From Gammaproteobacteria bacterium (GTDB lineage: Bacteria; Pseudomonadota; Gammaproteobacteria; Eutrophobiales; Eutrophobiaceae): DNA of 64,000 nucleotides. The stretch's first letter is position 1; each line of letters opens with the position of its first letter. The position numbers and the translations under genes were made by a program. Below are positions 32,001 through 41,688 of the stretch, piece after piece. The notes beneath the pieces are model-generated. The model saw nothing but the letters and a program-made list of their open reading frames with translations, ran no database searches and had not been told where the DNA came from. The DNA lies in assembly GCA_963422205.2 (NCBI GenBank), contig CAXMWX010000001.1, positions 128,001 to 192,000 of the forward strand, given 5' to 3'.

Positions 32001-35000
32001 TTGCTACTGAATAGAAAAATCATTCTGTTTTTGTTGCTCGTGCTGGCCATCTACATCGCGCTGAATTACCTGATAATCAACGTGGTGGTGGTGGACTCAT
32101 TTAAGGAAGTTGAGCAGCAGGCCGCCGTTGCTGATACCCGGCGAATCGTCAATGCGATTGCACAACGACTGGAAGCGATCAAGCACAATGCCATTGATTA
32201 TGTGCATCGTCATGCACTCGCTGAGCGAATACGTGCTGGCAGCGGTCATGCCGAGGGTGATAATCACAATTCAGCAGCGCATCTGCAACAGATCGAGCTT
32301 GCCATGCGTTTGCTCTACAGCAATGAAGGCCGGCTGATCGCCCATAGTATCATCGATAGCGATGGTCAAACGATCACAGACATCAACACTTTGTTTATTC
32401 AACCGCCGCTCCCGGATGATCGGCTGATATACCATGCCACTGCCGATAGCTTTGTCACCGGCATCATCAACACCCGCTTAGGGCCGATGTTAATCGCCTC
32501 CCTGCCGGTGCTGTCAAACCTGCCGCACGGCGGCACCATCGGCACGTTCATCCAGGGCAGGTTATTGAATCAACCCGAGGTGCTGGCTATCTCCCGGCAG
32601 ATCGGTGTGGATTTTACGGTCTTTAACGATGCAGAGGCCCCTGAGTTGGCGGCGATGATGGCAGATAAGGCCGCTGATCCGGCAAGCCATGCAAAGGCTG
32701 ATGTGCAGCATGCTTATGCTGAATTGAAAGACATCTATGGCGCCCCGGTGGCCTGGATCAAGACCGTGCCGCCTTTGGGGATTTCCCTGACGGGCAAAGA
32801 AGCGGCCGGGATGGCATTTTTTATTGAACTCATCGGCGGCATCATGTTAGTGCTGGGGATCTGGTTTTTTCTGCTGTTTTTCGTGATCGGCCGGATCAGG
32901 CAACTGACCCGCCATGTCACCATGATTGAGCATGAGGGGGATTTAACCAAACGCCTTAATCTGACCACGCCGGATGAGATAGGCACCCTGGCCCGAAAAC
33001 TTGACCAGCTGATTGAGCAGCTACAGAAAACCAGTCATGAGCTGGCAGATTCTCGCGATAAAGCCCTTGAGTTGTCGAACGTGAAGAGTGAGTTTCTGGC
33101 CACCATGAGCCATGAGATCAGAACGCCGTTAAATGGCATGTTGGCGTTTGCTGAATTATTGCAGGATTCGGATTTAACGCCGGAACAAAAGCGTTATGCT
33201 GAATTGATATGCAGTTCGGGTGAAAACCTGCTGGGTATTATCAGTAATGTACTGGATTTCTCAAAAATAGAAGCAGACAAAATAGAGCTGGAGATGGTGG
33301 AGTTTGATCTGCGGAATCTGGTTGAGGAGGTCAGCGAAGTGCTGGCGGTGCGTGCCCATGACAAGGGGATTGATCTGGTGCAGGTGATTCCGCCGAATTT
33401 GCGTGAACAGCTCAAGGGCGATCCCACTCGCCTGCGTCAGGTGCTGATCAACCTGCTGGGTAATTCGATTAAATTTACTGAACACGGTCAGGTGGTGATC
33501 CGGGTCTCTACTGACAAGACGGACAATGAGAATGAACTTGATGTGCGGTTTGAAGTGGAAGATACCGGCATCGGCATCATGGAGAAGCAAAAACAAAATA
33601 TCTTCAAGGCATTCACCCAGGAAGATGGTTCAACCGCCAGGAAGTTCGGCGGCAGTGGCCTGGGCCTGACGATTTCACAGCAACTGGTCAGGAAAATGGG
33701 CAGTAACATCTTTGTAGAAAGCAAGCCCGGGGAGGGCTCGCTGTTCTGGTTTACCGCAAGATTTGAAACCCTGCTGGATGCCGAGAGCAAGACCCGCATC
33801 CCCACGGCGTACTTGAGAGATAAACATGCAGTCATCGTCGATGATAACCAGACTAATCTGGAGATACTGGAGTTACAGCTTAAAAACTGGGGCTTAAATA
33901 CCGCATCGTATACTGATGTCGCCGTGATGCTGGCCTCGTTACGGGACGATAAGCCAGGCCACTGCGATGTGTTGCTGCTGGACAGGAAGCTGAACGATAA
34001 GGATGGCATGGAACTGGTGCAGGAGATACGCAAGTTCCATCTTTTGCATGCAACCCCTGTCATTATGCTCAGCTCTTCTCTGGCGCCCACCCGGCCTGAA
34101 CAGCTACAGCAGTTAAATATCACGCATGTGTTGCAGAAACCGGTGCGCCAGGCGGATTTGTATAAAAGTTTATCGGAAGTCCTGGGCAAGGTGCCGTCTG
34201 AGTACCGGAAAAAAGTTGATCATCTTGCCCCCAGTAATCAAGCGGTCAAATTCAATGCACGCGTATTGGTGGTAGAGGATAATGCGATGAACCAACTGGT
34301 GGTCTCCACCGTGCTGGAGAAGTGTGGTTGCAGCGTGGTGATCGCCAACGACGGGCAAGAGGCCATCCATTTCTGGCTGCATAACGAGATTGATATCATA
34401 TTGATGGATCTCAGGATGCCAGTCATGGACGGGTTCACAGCCGCAACCGCGATACGGGAGAAAGAAAGAGAGCAAAACAGCAAAAAGCCGGTACCGATCA
34501 TTGCCTTGACCGCCGATGTGGTGAAAGAAGTGAAAAGCAAGGCGCTGACCGCAGGTATCAATGATTATCTGACCAAGCCATTCACACAGCTTATGCTGAC
34601 CACGATGTTCGCCAGGCATATCCCGCATCTGCGCTATCAGGTCGCCGATAACCAGACCGATAATCCGGCGAATGATGGCAAGCAGGATAAGCAGACCGCG
34701 GCCGTCTCCTCACATATCGATTTGAACGCCATTGAGTTATTGCGTGATCTGGTAGAGCCTGATGATAATGACAATGTGGTGGTTGACATGATCACATCGT
34801 ATTTTAAGTCCAGCCAGCACCTGATGCAGTCCGTTAAGGATTTTCAGAGTGATCACAATCTCAAAGCCGTGGCCGAGGCGGCACACAGCCTGCAATCGAG
34901 CAGCGGTTATCTGGGCGCTTTTAACATGGTGGCCGCCTGCAAACAGATCACGGCCGCCTGCAAGGCAGACGATGCCGAGACAGTCGCCCGGCTGTGTCAG

Positions 35001-35069
35001 TCCATACAGCAGGAATATGAACAGGTTTTGATTGCCCTTAACCAACTGATAGAGAAAGAAAACACCTAA
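32001..35069 (+). CDS. Hybrid sensor histidine kinase (CHASE4-like sensor, HAMP, HisKA, HATPase, 2x REC, Hpt)
   Basis: Two TMs, DEIGTLA HAMP, FLATMSHEIRTPLNG, GDPTRLRQVLINLLGN, DTGIG, GGSGLGL, REC domains LLLD and ILMDLRMP, Hpt AHSLQSSS; TTG start. Confidence 0.92.
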   Translation: MLLNRKIILFLLLVLAIYIALNYLIINVVVVDSFKEVEQQAAVADTRRIVNAIAQRLEAIKHNAIDYVHRHALAERIRAGSGHAEGDNHNSAAHLQQIELAMRLLYSNEGRLIAHSIIDSDGQTITDINTLFIQPPLPDDRLIYHATADSFVTGIINTRLGPMLIASLPVLSNLPHGGTIGTFIQGRLLNQPEVLAISRQIGVDFTVFNDAEAPELAAMMADKAADPASHAKADVQHAYAELKDIYGAPVAWIKTVPPLGISLTGKEAAGMAFFIELIGGIMLVLGIWFFLLFFVIGRIRQLTRHVTMIEHEGDLTKRLNLTTPDEIGTLARKLDQLIEQLQKTSHELADSRDKALELSNVKSEFLATMSHEIRTPLNGMLAFAELLQDSDLTPEQKRYAELICSSGENLLGIISNVLDFSKIEADKIELEMVEFDLRNLVEEVSEVLAVRAHDKGIDLVQVIPPNLREQLKGDPTRLRQVLINLLGNSIKFTEHGQVVIRVSTDKTDNENELDVRFEVEDTGIGIMEKQKQNIFKAFTQEDGSTARKFGGSGLGLTISQQLVRKMGSNIFVESKPGEGSLFWFTARFETLLDAESKTRIPTAYLRDKHAVIVDDNQTNLEILELQLKNWGLNTASYTDVAVMLASLRDDKPGHCDVLLLDRKLNDKDGMELVQEIRKFHLLHATPVIMLSSSLAPTRPEQLQQLNITHVLQKPVRQADLYKSLSEVLGKVPSEYRKKVDHLAPSNQAVKFNARVLVVEDNAMNQLVVSTVLEKCGCSVVIANDGQEAIHFWLHNEIDIILMDLRMPVMDGFTAATAIREKEREQNSKKPVPIIALTADVVKEVKSKALTAGINDYLTKPFTQLMLTTMFARHIPHLRYQVADNQTDNPANDGKQDKQTAAVSSHIDLNAIELLRDLVEPDDNDNVVVDMITSYFKSSQHLMQSVKDFQSDHNLKAVAEAAHSLQSSSGYLGAFNMVAACKQITAACKADDAETVARLCQSIQQEYEQVLIALNQLIEKENT

Positions 35070-35106
35070 TCTTTCCAGTCCCCCGGCCCATGACATCATC
35101 GTCCGG

Positions 35107-35526
35107 CTAAAGCAGGTCCAGGCAGGGCAGCAGGATCAAGCCGCCAGTCAACAGCCCCATGATGCCGAAGTATTTCTGGCCTTTGCAGAAAAACAGCACG
35201 GCGGCCATGAAACAGGCCGGGATTACCGAGAAGACGCCAGTCACGATCCCCAGCATCACCAGCGCATCACCGTGCCAGGGCTTTTTCAGGTACCAGTAAT
35301 GATCGGGCATGTCGGCCACGGAATGAGACCAGATGTCAGCAGGCGAGCCGCCCGCCAGCACCGCCTCAAAGACATAAGCAGGTGCTAACACATCATCCAT
35401 CACCAGCAGGGACAAGGTCGTGCCGATGATAACCAGCAGCGCAGCGATAATCGTGCTCCAGTAGATAATACCACCGTATACCCTGCCGATGCGCTCTGCC
35501 GTGTCAGGAATATGTGGTGTTTGCAT
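35107..35526 (-). CDS. Small membrane protein (DUF1634-like) paired with TauE
   Basis: 139 aa with about 3 hydrophobic segments; 12 bp downstream of the TauE gene. Confidence 0.65.
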   Translation of the reverse strand: MQTPHIPDTAERIGRVYGGIIYWSTIIAALLVIIGTTLSLLVMDDVLAPAYVFEAVLAGGSPADIWSHSVADMPDHYWYLKKPWHGDALVMLGIVTGVFSVIPACFMAAVLFFCKGQKYFGIMGLLTGGLILLPCLDLL

Positions 35527-35538
35527 CCCGCCGCCTCA

Positions 35539-36564
35539 TCACAGCAAAGGTATGTCAACCGCTGTCATGCCCTCAATACCACGGGCGATCAATTTAACGC
35601 TGGTGGCGAGCAGCAGGATAATCAGCAGTTTTCTGATAAAGCCAGCATTGATATTCGCCAGCACATGGGCGCCAATGATGCCGCCGACCACCTGCCCCAG
35701 CATCCAGGGCGCCACAAACAGAGGCAAGACGGCGCCGATGCCGATATAAGGCCAGATCGCCGCCGCATTCCCCAGCGCCAGCAACACCCCGCTGCTGCCC
35801 GCCGCCAGCTTCAGCGGCACATACATCAACATGTTAAACACCGGCACCACCGCCCAGCCGCCGCCAAGGCCAAAGAAGCCGCCGATAAAGCCCACCAGCA
35901 ACAGCAGGCCGTATCTGCCCCGCCTGACTTTATAGGCGACCTCATCGTTCAGGTGTTTATCCCAAAACGAACCGAACAAGCCGATATGTCGGGCCAGCAC
36001 ACCCAGCCGGTCATTCTCCGGGGTCTCGGAGCGGCTGCCACCCAGGATGAATAAACCGGCAATACCGGCGATCAATAACCCCAGCAGCAGGCGCACAACA
36101 GCATCGCTCCCCGCCCCGGCATGATGGGCAAAATAGATGGCGGCGTAGGCGCCTGCAATAGAGCCGCCGATGATCGGCACCGAGCCAAAGAATACCAGCT
36201 TGATATCGGCCAGCCCGCTACGCATCAGGGGGCCGGAGGCGATCAGGCCGCTGAACATGGCCACCACCAGGCCACTCGCCCGCACGATTAAGGTATCCAT
36301 CGAAGTAAAGCCCAGCAGGATAGGGGTAAACATAACGCCGCCGCCGATACCGCCGATGACAGCGATGATGGCGATCAGCAGGCTGAACAGGAAGGAGATC
36401 AGCATGACCCCCACGATGAAGTGCACCGGCTGATGGCCGCCGGCGGCACTGTCGGCAAACAGGGCGATGAGGATATAGGAGAGCAGTAACAGCAAGACCA
36501 GCAGCGTTAGCTCCGGGATTCGTAAATACAAGGGTTTCTTCTGTGATGAGGCAGTTTGCATCAT
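35539..36564 (-). CDS. Sulfite exporter TauE/SafE family permease
   Basis: Duplicated Gly motifs GGIGGGVMFTP and GFFGLGGGWAVVP; highly hydrophobic. Confidence 0.85.
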   Translation of the reverse strand: MMQTASSQKKPLYLRIPELTLLVLLLLLSYILIALFADSAAGGHQPVHFIVGVMLISFLFSLLIAIIAVIGGIGGGVMFTPILLGFTSMDTLIVRASGLVVAMFSGLIASGPLMRSGLADIKLVFFGSVPIIGGSIAGAYAAIYFAHHAGAGSDAVVRLLLGLLIAGIAGLFILGGSRSETPENDRLGVLARHIGLFGSFWDKHLNDEVAYKVRRGRYGLLLLVGFIGGFFGLGGGWAVVPVFNMLMYVPLKLAAGSSGVLLALGNAAAIWPYIGIGAVLPLFVAPWMLGQVVGGIIGAHVLANINAGFIRKLLIILLLATSVKLIARGIEGMTAVDIPLL

Positions 36565-36837
36565 GATCTTCGGTAATACGGCATCATGGTATGTCCGGCT
36601 TCAGCAAGGCACTATCGCATGCAGGCAACATTTTCATACTCGCCCATAGCCGCCGGATTATAATATAGCCCGTTAAGAGACAGTGCCATTATTTCACTAT
36701 GCAAACCCAGCACCGGCCATCATTGCCTGCCGGTGCAGTCGCTTGTCGACTGCCCGCAAATTTCAGGTAAACTTGCGGCTTTTTATCTGCAAGCTAACTC
36801 ATAAGCCACTGCGTGACCGATTAAGAGACAGCCTGTT

Positions 36838-37740
36838 ATGAGCACATTGACCCATCTGCAACGCCTCGAAGCGGAGAGCATCTTCATTATGCGCGAGGTT
36901 ATCGCCGAGTGTGAACGCCCGGTGATGCTGTATTCCATCGGCAAGGATTCTTCGGTGATGCTGCATCTGGCGCTGAAGGCATTTCACCCGGCCAGGCCGC
37001 CGTTCCCCTTGCTGCACATCGATACCACGTGGAAGTTTAAGGAGATGATCGCCTTTCGCGACAAGGTGGCCAGCGAGCTGGGGCTGGAGCTGATCGTGCA
37101 TATTAATGAAGAGGGGGTGCGGCAGGGTATCGGGCCGTTCACGCATGGCTCGCAAGTCCATACCGATATCATGAAGACGCAGGCGCTTAAACAGGCACTG
37201 GATAAATATCGATTTACTGCCGCCTTTGGCGGGGCGAGGCGTGATGAGGAGATGTCGCGGGCGAAGGAGCGCATCTTCTCTTTTCGTACCAAAGAACATC
37301 GCTGGGATCCGAAAAACCAGCGGCCGGAATTATGGGCTGTCTACAATACCCGCATTCACAAGGGCGAGAGTATGCGCGTGTTTCCGTTATCGAACTGGAC
37401 CGAGCTGGACATCTGGCAATATATTCACCATGAGCACATTCCTATCGTGCCGCTGTATTATGCCCGGCCGCGACCGGTGGTTGAGCGTGATGGCATGTTG
37501 ATCATGGTCGATGATGCGCGTATGCCGCTGCATGAAGGTGAGCAGCCCGCAAGGCGAGAAGTGCGCTTTCGCACCCTGGGCTGTTACCCGCTCACCGCGG
37601 CGGTCGAATCCACAGCATCCAGCCTGACCGACATCATTCAGGAGATGTTGCTGACCAACTCATCAGAAAGACAGGGGCGGGTGATCGATCATGATACCGC
37701 CGCCTCCATGGAGAAGAAAAAACAGGAGGGGTATTTTTAG
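36838..37740 (+). CDS. cysD: Sulfate adenylyltransferase subunit 2
   Basis: [39 protein letters not shown]. Confidence 0.97.
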   Translation: MSTLTHLQRLEAESIFIMREVIAECERPVMLYSIGKDSSVMLHLALKAFHPARPPFPLLHIDTTWKFKEMIAFRDKVASELGLELIVHINEEGVRQGIGPFTHGSQVHTDIMKTQALKQALDKYRFTAAFGGARRDEEMSRAKERIFSFRTKEHRWDPKNQRPELWAVYNTRIHKGESMRVFPLSNWTELDIWQYIHHEHIPIVPLYYARPRPVVERDGMLIMVDDARMPLHEGEQPARREVRFRTLGCYPLTAAVESTASSLTDIIQEMLLTNSSERQGRVIDHDTAASMEKKKQEGYF

Positions 37741-39645
37741 ATGGTGCATCAGTCGGCCTTGATCGAAACCGATATCGCTGCGTATCTCAAGGCACAGGAG
37801 CAGAAAAGTTTTCTGCGTTTTATCACCTGTGGCAGTGTGGATGATGGCAAGAGTACGCTGATTGGCCGCTTGCTCTATGACTCGAAATTGATCTATGAGG
37901 ATCAGTTACAAGCACTGGCAAGTGACAGCAAAAAGATGGGTACCCAGGGCGAGGAGATAGACCTTGCCTTGCTGGTCGATGGCCTGGCTGCTGAACGTGA
38001 ACAGGGGATCACCATCGATGTCGCCTACCGCTTTTTCTCCACCGACAAGCGCAAGTTTATCGTCGCCGACAGCCCGGGGCATGAGCAGTACACACGCAAC
38101 ATGGCCACGGCCGCATCGACGGCGGATCTGGCCATCATCTTGGTGGATGCGCGCAAAGGGGTGTTGACGCAGACCCGTCGGCACAGCTATATCGCCGCCC
38201 TGCTGGGCGTCAAGCATATCGTGGTGGCGGTAAATAAAATGGATTTGGTTGGCTATTCACGCACGGTGTTTGAACAGATAGCACAGGATTATCGCCTCGT
38301 TGCCAGACAGGCAAACCTCTCTGATGTCACCTGCATACCCCTGTCTGCGCTGCATGGCGATAATGTCACGAAGGCCAGCCGGCAGATGGACTGGTATCAG
38401 GGGGCGGCGCTGTTGCCGTTGCTCGAAGCTGTGGATGTGACACGAGAGAACAGCGGCATGCCGTTTCGTTTTCCGGTGCAATGGGTCAACCGGCCGGATC
38501 TGAATTTTCGCGGTTTTGCCGGCACCGTTAGCGGGACCGACATTCACACCGGCGATGCGATTACCGTGCTGCCCTCTGGCAGGCAGAGCCGCATCAAAAG
38601 CATTCTCACCCAGGCGGGCGAGGTGGGCAGTGCATCTGCCGATCAGGCGGTGACCTTAACGCTTGAGGATGAGATAGATATCTCCCGTGGCGATGTGATT
38701 TGCAAGGCCGATGCCGTGGCCGATCAGTCCAGTCAATTTGCCGCCCACCTGTTATGGCTGTCCGAACGCACCTTGCTGCCGGGGCGTGAATACCTGCTCA
38801 AGACCACCAACAAGCTGATCCCGGCGACAGTCACCGAGATCAAATACAAAGTGAATGTGAACAATTTCAAGCATGAGCCGGGCAAGTCGCTGGCGCTGAA
38901 TGAGGTTGGCTACGGCAATCTCAACCTCAGCCAGCCGATTGCCTTTGATCCGTATCAGGACAATCGCACCACCGGCAGCTTCATTCTCATCGATCGTTTG
39001 AGTAACAACACGGTGGGCGCCGGCATGTTGGCTTTCTCATTGCGCCGTTCGAAGAATATTATCTGGCAGGAACTGACGGTTGATAAAACGCGGCGCGCCC
39101 GGCTCAAACATCAGCGCCCTCATCTGCTGTGGTTTACCGGTTTGCCCGGTTCCGGCAAGTCGACCATCGCCAATCTGGTGGAGAAATGTTTGATCGATCT
39201 TGGTCGGCATACGTATCTGCTGGACGGGGATAATATCCGCCATGGCATCTGCAAGGATCTGGGGTTTACCGATGTCGATCGGGTGGAGAATATTCGCCGC
39301 ACTGGTGAGATCGCCAGGCTGATGGTCGATGCCGGGCTCATTGTGATTGCCGCTTTTATCTCGCCGTTTACCAGCGAGCGACGGGCGGTGCGTCATCTGC
39401 TGGCAGAAGATGAGTTCATAGAAATCTATCTCAACACATCGCTGGCCGTGTGTGAGAGCCGAGACCCGAAGGGGTTATACAAAAAGGCACGCCTTGGCGA
39501 GATTAAAAATTTCACCGGCATCGACTCACGTTATGAAGTACCCCAAAACCCGGCAATAACCATTAACACCGAAGCATGCACCGCCGAGGAAGCAGCGCTA
39601 AAGATCATGGAATACATCCAGCATAAAGGCTATGTCCATATCTAG
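37741..39645 (+). CDS. cysNC: Bifunctional sulfate adenylyltransferase subunit 1 / APS kinase (CysNC, NodQ-like)
   Basis: GSVDDGKSTLIGRL, EREQGITIDVAY, C-terminal kinase WFTGLPGSGKST, LDGDNIR, RDPKGLY. Confidence 0.95.
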   Translation: MVHQSALIETDIAAYLKAQEQKSFLRFITCGSVDDGKSTLIGRLLYDSKLIYEDQLQALASDSKKMGTQGEEIDLALLVDGLAAEREQGITIDVAYRFFSTDKRKFIVADSPGHEQYTRNMATAASTADLAIILVDARKGVLTQTRRHSYIAALLGVKHIVVAVNKMDLVGYSRTVFEQIAQDYRLVARQANLSDVTCIPLSALHGDNVTKASRQMDWYQGAALLPLLEAVDVTRENSGMPFRFPVQWVNRPDLNFRGFAGTVSGTDIHTGDAITVLPSGRQSRIKSILTQAGEVGSASADQAVTLTLEDEIDISRGDVICKADAVADQSSQFAAHLLWLSERTLLPGREYLLKTTNKLIPATVTEIKYKVNVNNFKHEPGKSLALNEVGYGNLNLSQPIAFDPYQDNRTTGSFILIDRLSNNTVGAGMLAFSLRRSKNIIWQELTVDKTRRARLKHQRPHLLWFTGLPGSGKSTIANLVEKCLIDLGRHTYLLDGDNIRHGICKDLGFTDVDRVENIRRTGEIARLMVDAGLIVIAAFISPFTSERRAVRHLLAEDEFIEIYLNTSLAVCESRDPKGLYKKARLGEIKNFTGIDSRYEVPQNPAITINTEACTAEEAALKIMEYIQHKGYVHI

Positions 39646-39651
39646 CTGAAC

Positions 39652-39728
39652 TGGTGCCCTGAAGAGGATTCGAACCTCTGACCTACCGCTTAGGAGGCGG
39701 TCGCTCTATCCAACTGAGCTACCAGGGC
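39652..39728 (-). tRNA. tRNA-Arg (anticodon CCT)
   Basis: GCCCTGGTAGCTCAGTTGGATAGAGCG-ACCGC-CT[CCT]AA-GCGGT-AGGTCAGAGGTTCGAATCCTCTTCAGGGCACCA; full cloverleaf with encoded CCA. Confidence 0.97.
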
Positions 39729-39888
39729 GATTCAGTCAAGCGGGCGCTTAGTATCTGATGATTATCCGCCTGGGGCAAGCTGGGCCGGGAGGTCTGTATT
39801 CTTAATCACAGTGTCAGGTGTTAAGATAGGCCCTGTCGTCTATCTCAATCAGCCGCATCACAGCCAGCCTGTATAAAGAGAACATACC

Positions 39889-40374
39889 ATGAGTGTCTCC
39901 ATCGTTGTTGCTATGGATGAGCAGAATGTGATTGGGCAGGGCGGTGGCTTGCCCTGGCATCTGTCGGCTGATTTGCAGAACTTTAAAAAGATCACCCTGG
40001 GCAAGCCCATCATCATGGGGCGAAAGACGCATGAGGCCATTGGTCGTGTGCTGCCGGGCCGGGAGAATATCATCATCACCCGGCAGACGGACTACACCCG
40101 CCCGGCGATCACTGTCTATCATACGATAGAGCAGGCAGTGAGCGCCTATGCAGACACGGTAGAGCTGATGGTCATCGGTGGTGCCGAATTATATGCCCAG
40201 ACCATCGGGCGCGCCCAACGTATCTACCTGACACGGGTTCATGCAAGCGTTGCTGGCGATGCCTGGTTTCCGGCGTTTCCCCTGCACGAATGGCAGCCGG
40301 TCTACCGCCAGGAATTTTGCCGGGATGAGCAGAATGACCATGCCTTCAGCTACCAGATTCTGGAACGAAAATGA
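39889..40374 (+). CDS. folA: Dihydrofolate reductase
   Basis: LPWHLSADL, IMGRKT, LPGRENII, IGGAELY, GDAWFP. Confidence 0.96.
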   Translation: MSVSIVVAMDEQNVIGQGGGLPWHLSADLQNFKKITLGKPIIMGRKTHEAIGRVLPGRENIIITRQTDYTRPAITVYHTIEQAVSAYADTVELMVIGGAELYAQTIGRAQRIYLTRVHASVAGDAWFPAFPLHEWQPVYRQEFCRDEQNDHAFSYQILERK

Positions 40375-40401
40375 CAGGTCGGCCAGTCGCCTGGTCTGAT
40401 C

Positions 40402-41238
40402 TTAAGGGACGGTTGTCTGTTGTGATGGCACGCTGAAGTAACGCCCATCTTCCAGCCGCAAGGCCATCAGCTCGCCGCCCCACAGGCAGCCGCCATCAAT
40501 CGGATACACATTGAATCGGGCGAAGTCCTGTCCTGCCGTCAGCCGCACGGTAGACCAGTGGCCGAAGATAATTTTTTCCTGCCGGGTTTTTCTGTCTGGG
40601 TGAGCGAACCAGGGGATCAAGCCCTTGCGTGCTTTTGCCGGGCTGTTTTTCTCTTTAAGATCAATACGGCCATCGGCATGGCAGTAACGCAGGCGTGTCA
40701 GGCAGTCTGTGATGACACGGATTCGCCTCCAGCCGGTAAGATCGGCAGACCAGTTCGCCGTTTGCTCGCCATACATGGCCGCAAAGAACAGCGCCCGTTC
40801 ATCGCCACGCAAGACCGCCTCCAACTCCCTGGCCGCGGTCGTTGCGATTGCCCTATCCCAATGCGGATGCAGCCCGGCATGGGTCATGGTAAACCCGGTT
40901 GCCTCATCATGCAGCAGCAATGGCCGTCGGCCCAGCCAGTCAAGCAAGGTGTTTTTGTCCGTTGCCGCCAGTATCTCATCCAGGGTGTCTTTGGCCTGCC
41001 GCCGACCCTGCCCACTGGCAATGGCCAACAGGTGCAGATCATGATTGCCCAGAACCACTTCCGCCCGCTCTCCCAGGGCATGGACAAACCGCAGACAGGC
41101 CAGCGAGTCCGGCCCCCGGTTGACCAGATCACCGGCAAACCAGAGCCGGTCTTTTGCCGCATCGAAATTGATCAGCGCAAGCAGCGCCTGCAACTCGGCA
41201 TAACAGCCTTGCAGATCGCCGATGGCATAAGTCGCCAT
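40402..41238 (-). CDS. apaH: Symmetrical bis(5'-nucleosyl)-tetraphosphatase
   Basis: YAIGDLQGC, GDLVNRGPDS, LGNHDLHLL, FGHWS, GCLWGG. Confidence 0.95.
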   Translation of the reverse strand: MATYAIGDLQGCYAELQALLALINFDAAKDRLWFAGDLVNRGPDSLACLRFVHALGERAEVVLGNHDLHLLAIASGQGRRQAKDTLDEILAATDKNTLLDWLGRRPLLLHDEATGFTMTHAGLHPHWDRAIATTAARELEAVLRGDERALFFAAMYGEQTANWSADLTGWRRIRVITDCLTRLRYCHADGRIDLKEKNSPAKARKGLIPWFAHPDRKTRQEKIIFGHWSTVRLTAGQDFARFNVYPIDGGCLWGGELMALRLEDGRYFSVPSQQTTVP

Positions 41239-41622
41239 TTAATGCAGGGTATTGGGTATGGCCAGACTGAAAGGGGCGATGGGTGAGTCGAACTCGACAC
41301 CATCGTCAGCAATAATATCATAGTGGCCCTGCATACAGCCCACGGGGGTCTCCAGCACCGCCCCGCTGGTGTATTGATAGGTTTGTCCCGGATTGATGCA
41401 GGGTTGTTCACCAATCACGCCATCACCATGCACCTCCTGCTTGTTATTGTTGGCATCGGTGATGATCCAGTGCCGCCGCATCAGCGTGCCTGAGATGGAG
41501 CCGCTGTTGGTGATTGAAACAGTATAGGCAAACACGAAACGTTTATCCTCAGGGATCGATTGCTCTGCTATAAAAGCAGTTTCAACCTCAACGACAAAGC
41601 GGTAGCGTTGTTTTCCTTTCAT
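41239..41622 (-). CDS. apaG: ApaG protein
   Basis: FAYTVSITN, RRHWIITDA, GDGVIGEQP, YTSGAVLETPVG; start ATG 41622. Confidence 0.94.
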   Translation of the reverse strand: MKGKQRYRFVVEVETAFIAEQSIPEDKRFVFAYTVSITNSGSISGTLMRRHWIITDANNNKQEVHGDGVIGEQPCINPGQTYQYTSGAVLETPVGCMQGHYDIIADDGVEFDSPIAPFSLAIPNTLH

Positions 41623-41688
41623 GGGCGGCATTCTACCTGAAGTCAGCCGGTTGAAAAAATCGCTTTTTGAACCTGACCCCCGGCTCAC

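Noticed and set aside
39646-39728. tRNA-Arg(CCT) as integration site for an island containing cysD-cysNC/tauE
   Set aside because: No integrase, no duplicated tRNA 3' end spotted by eye, and no clear compositional shift.
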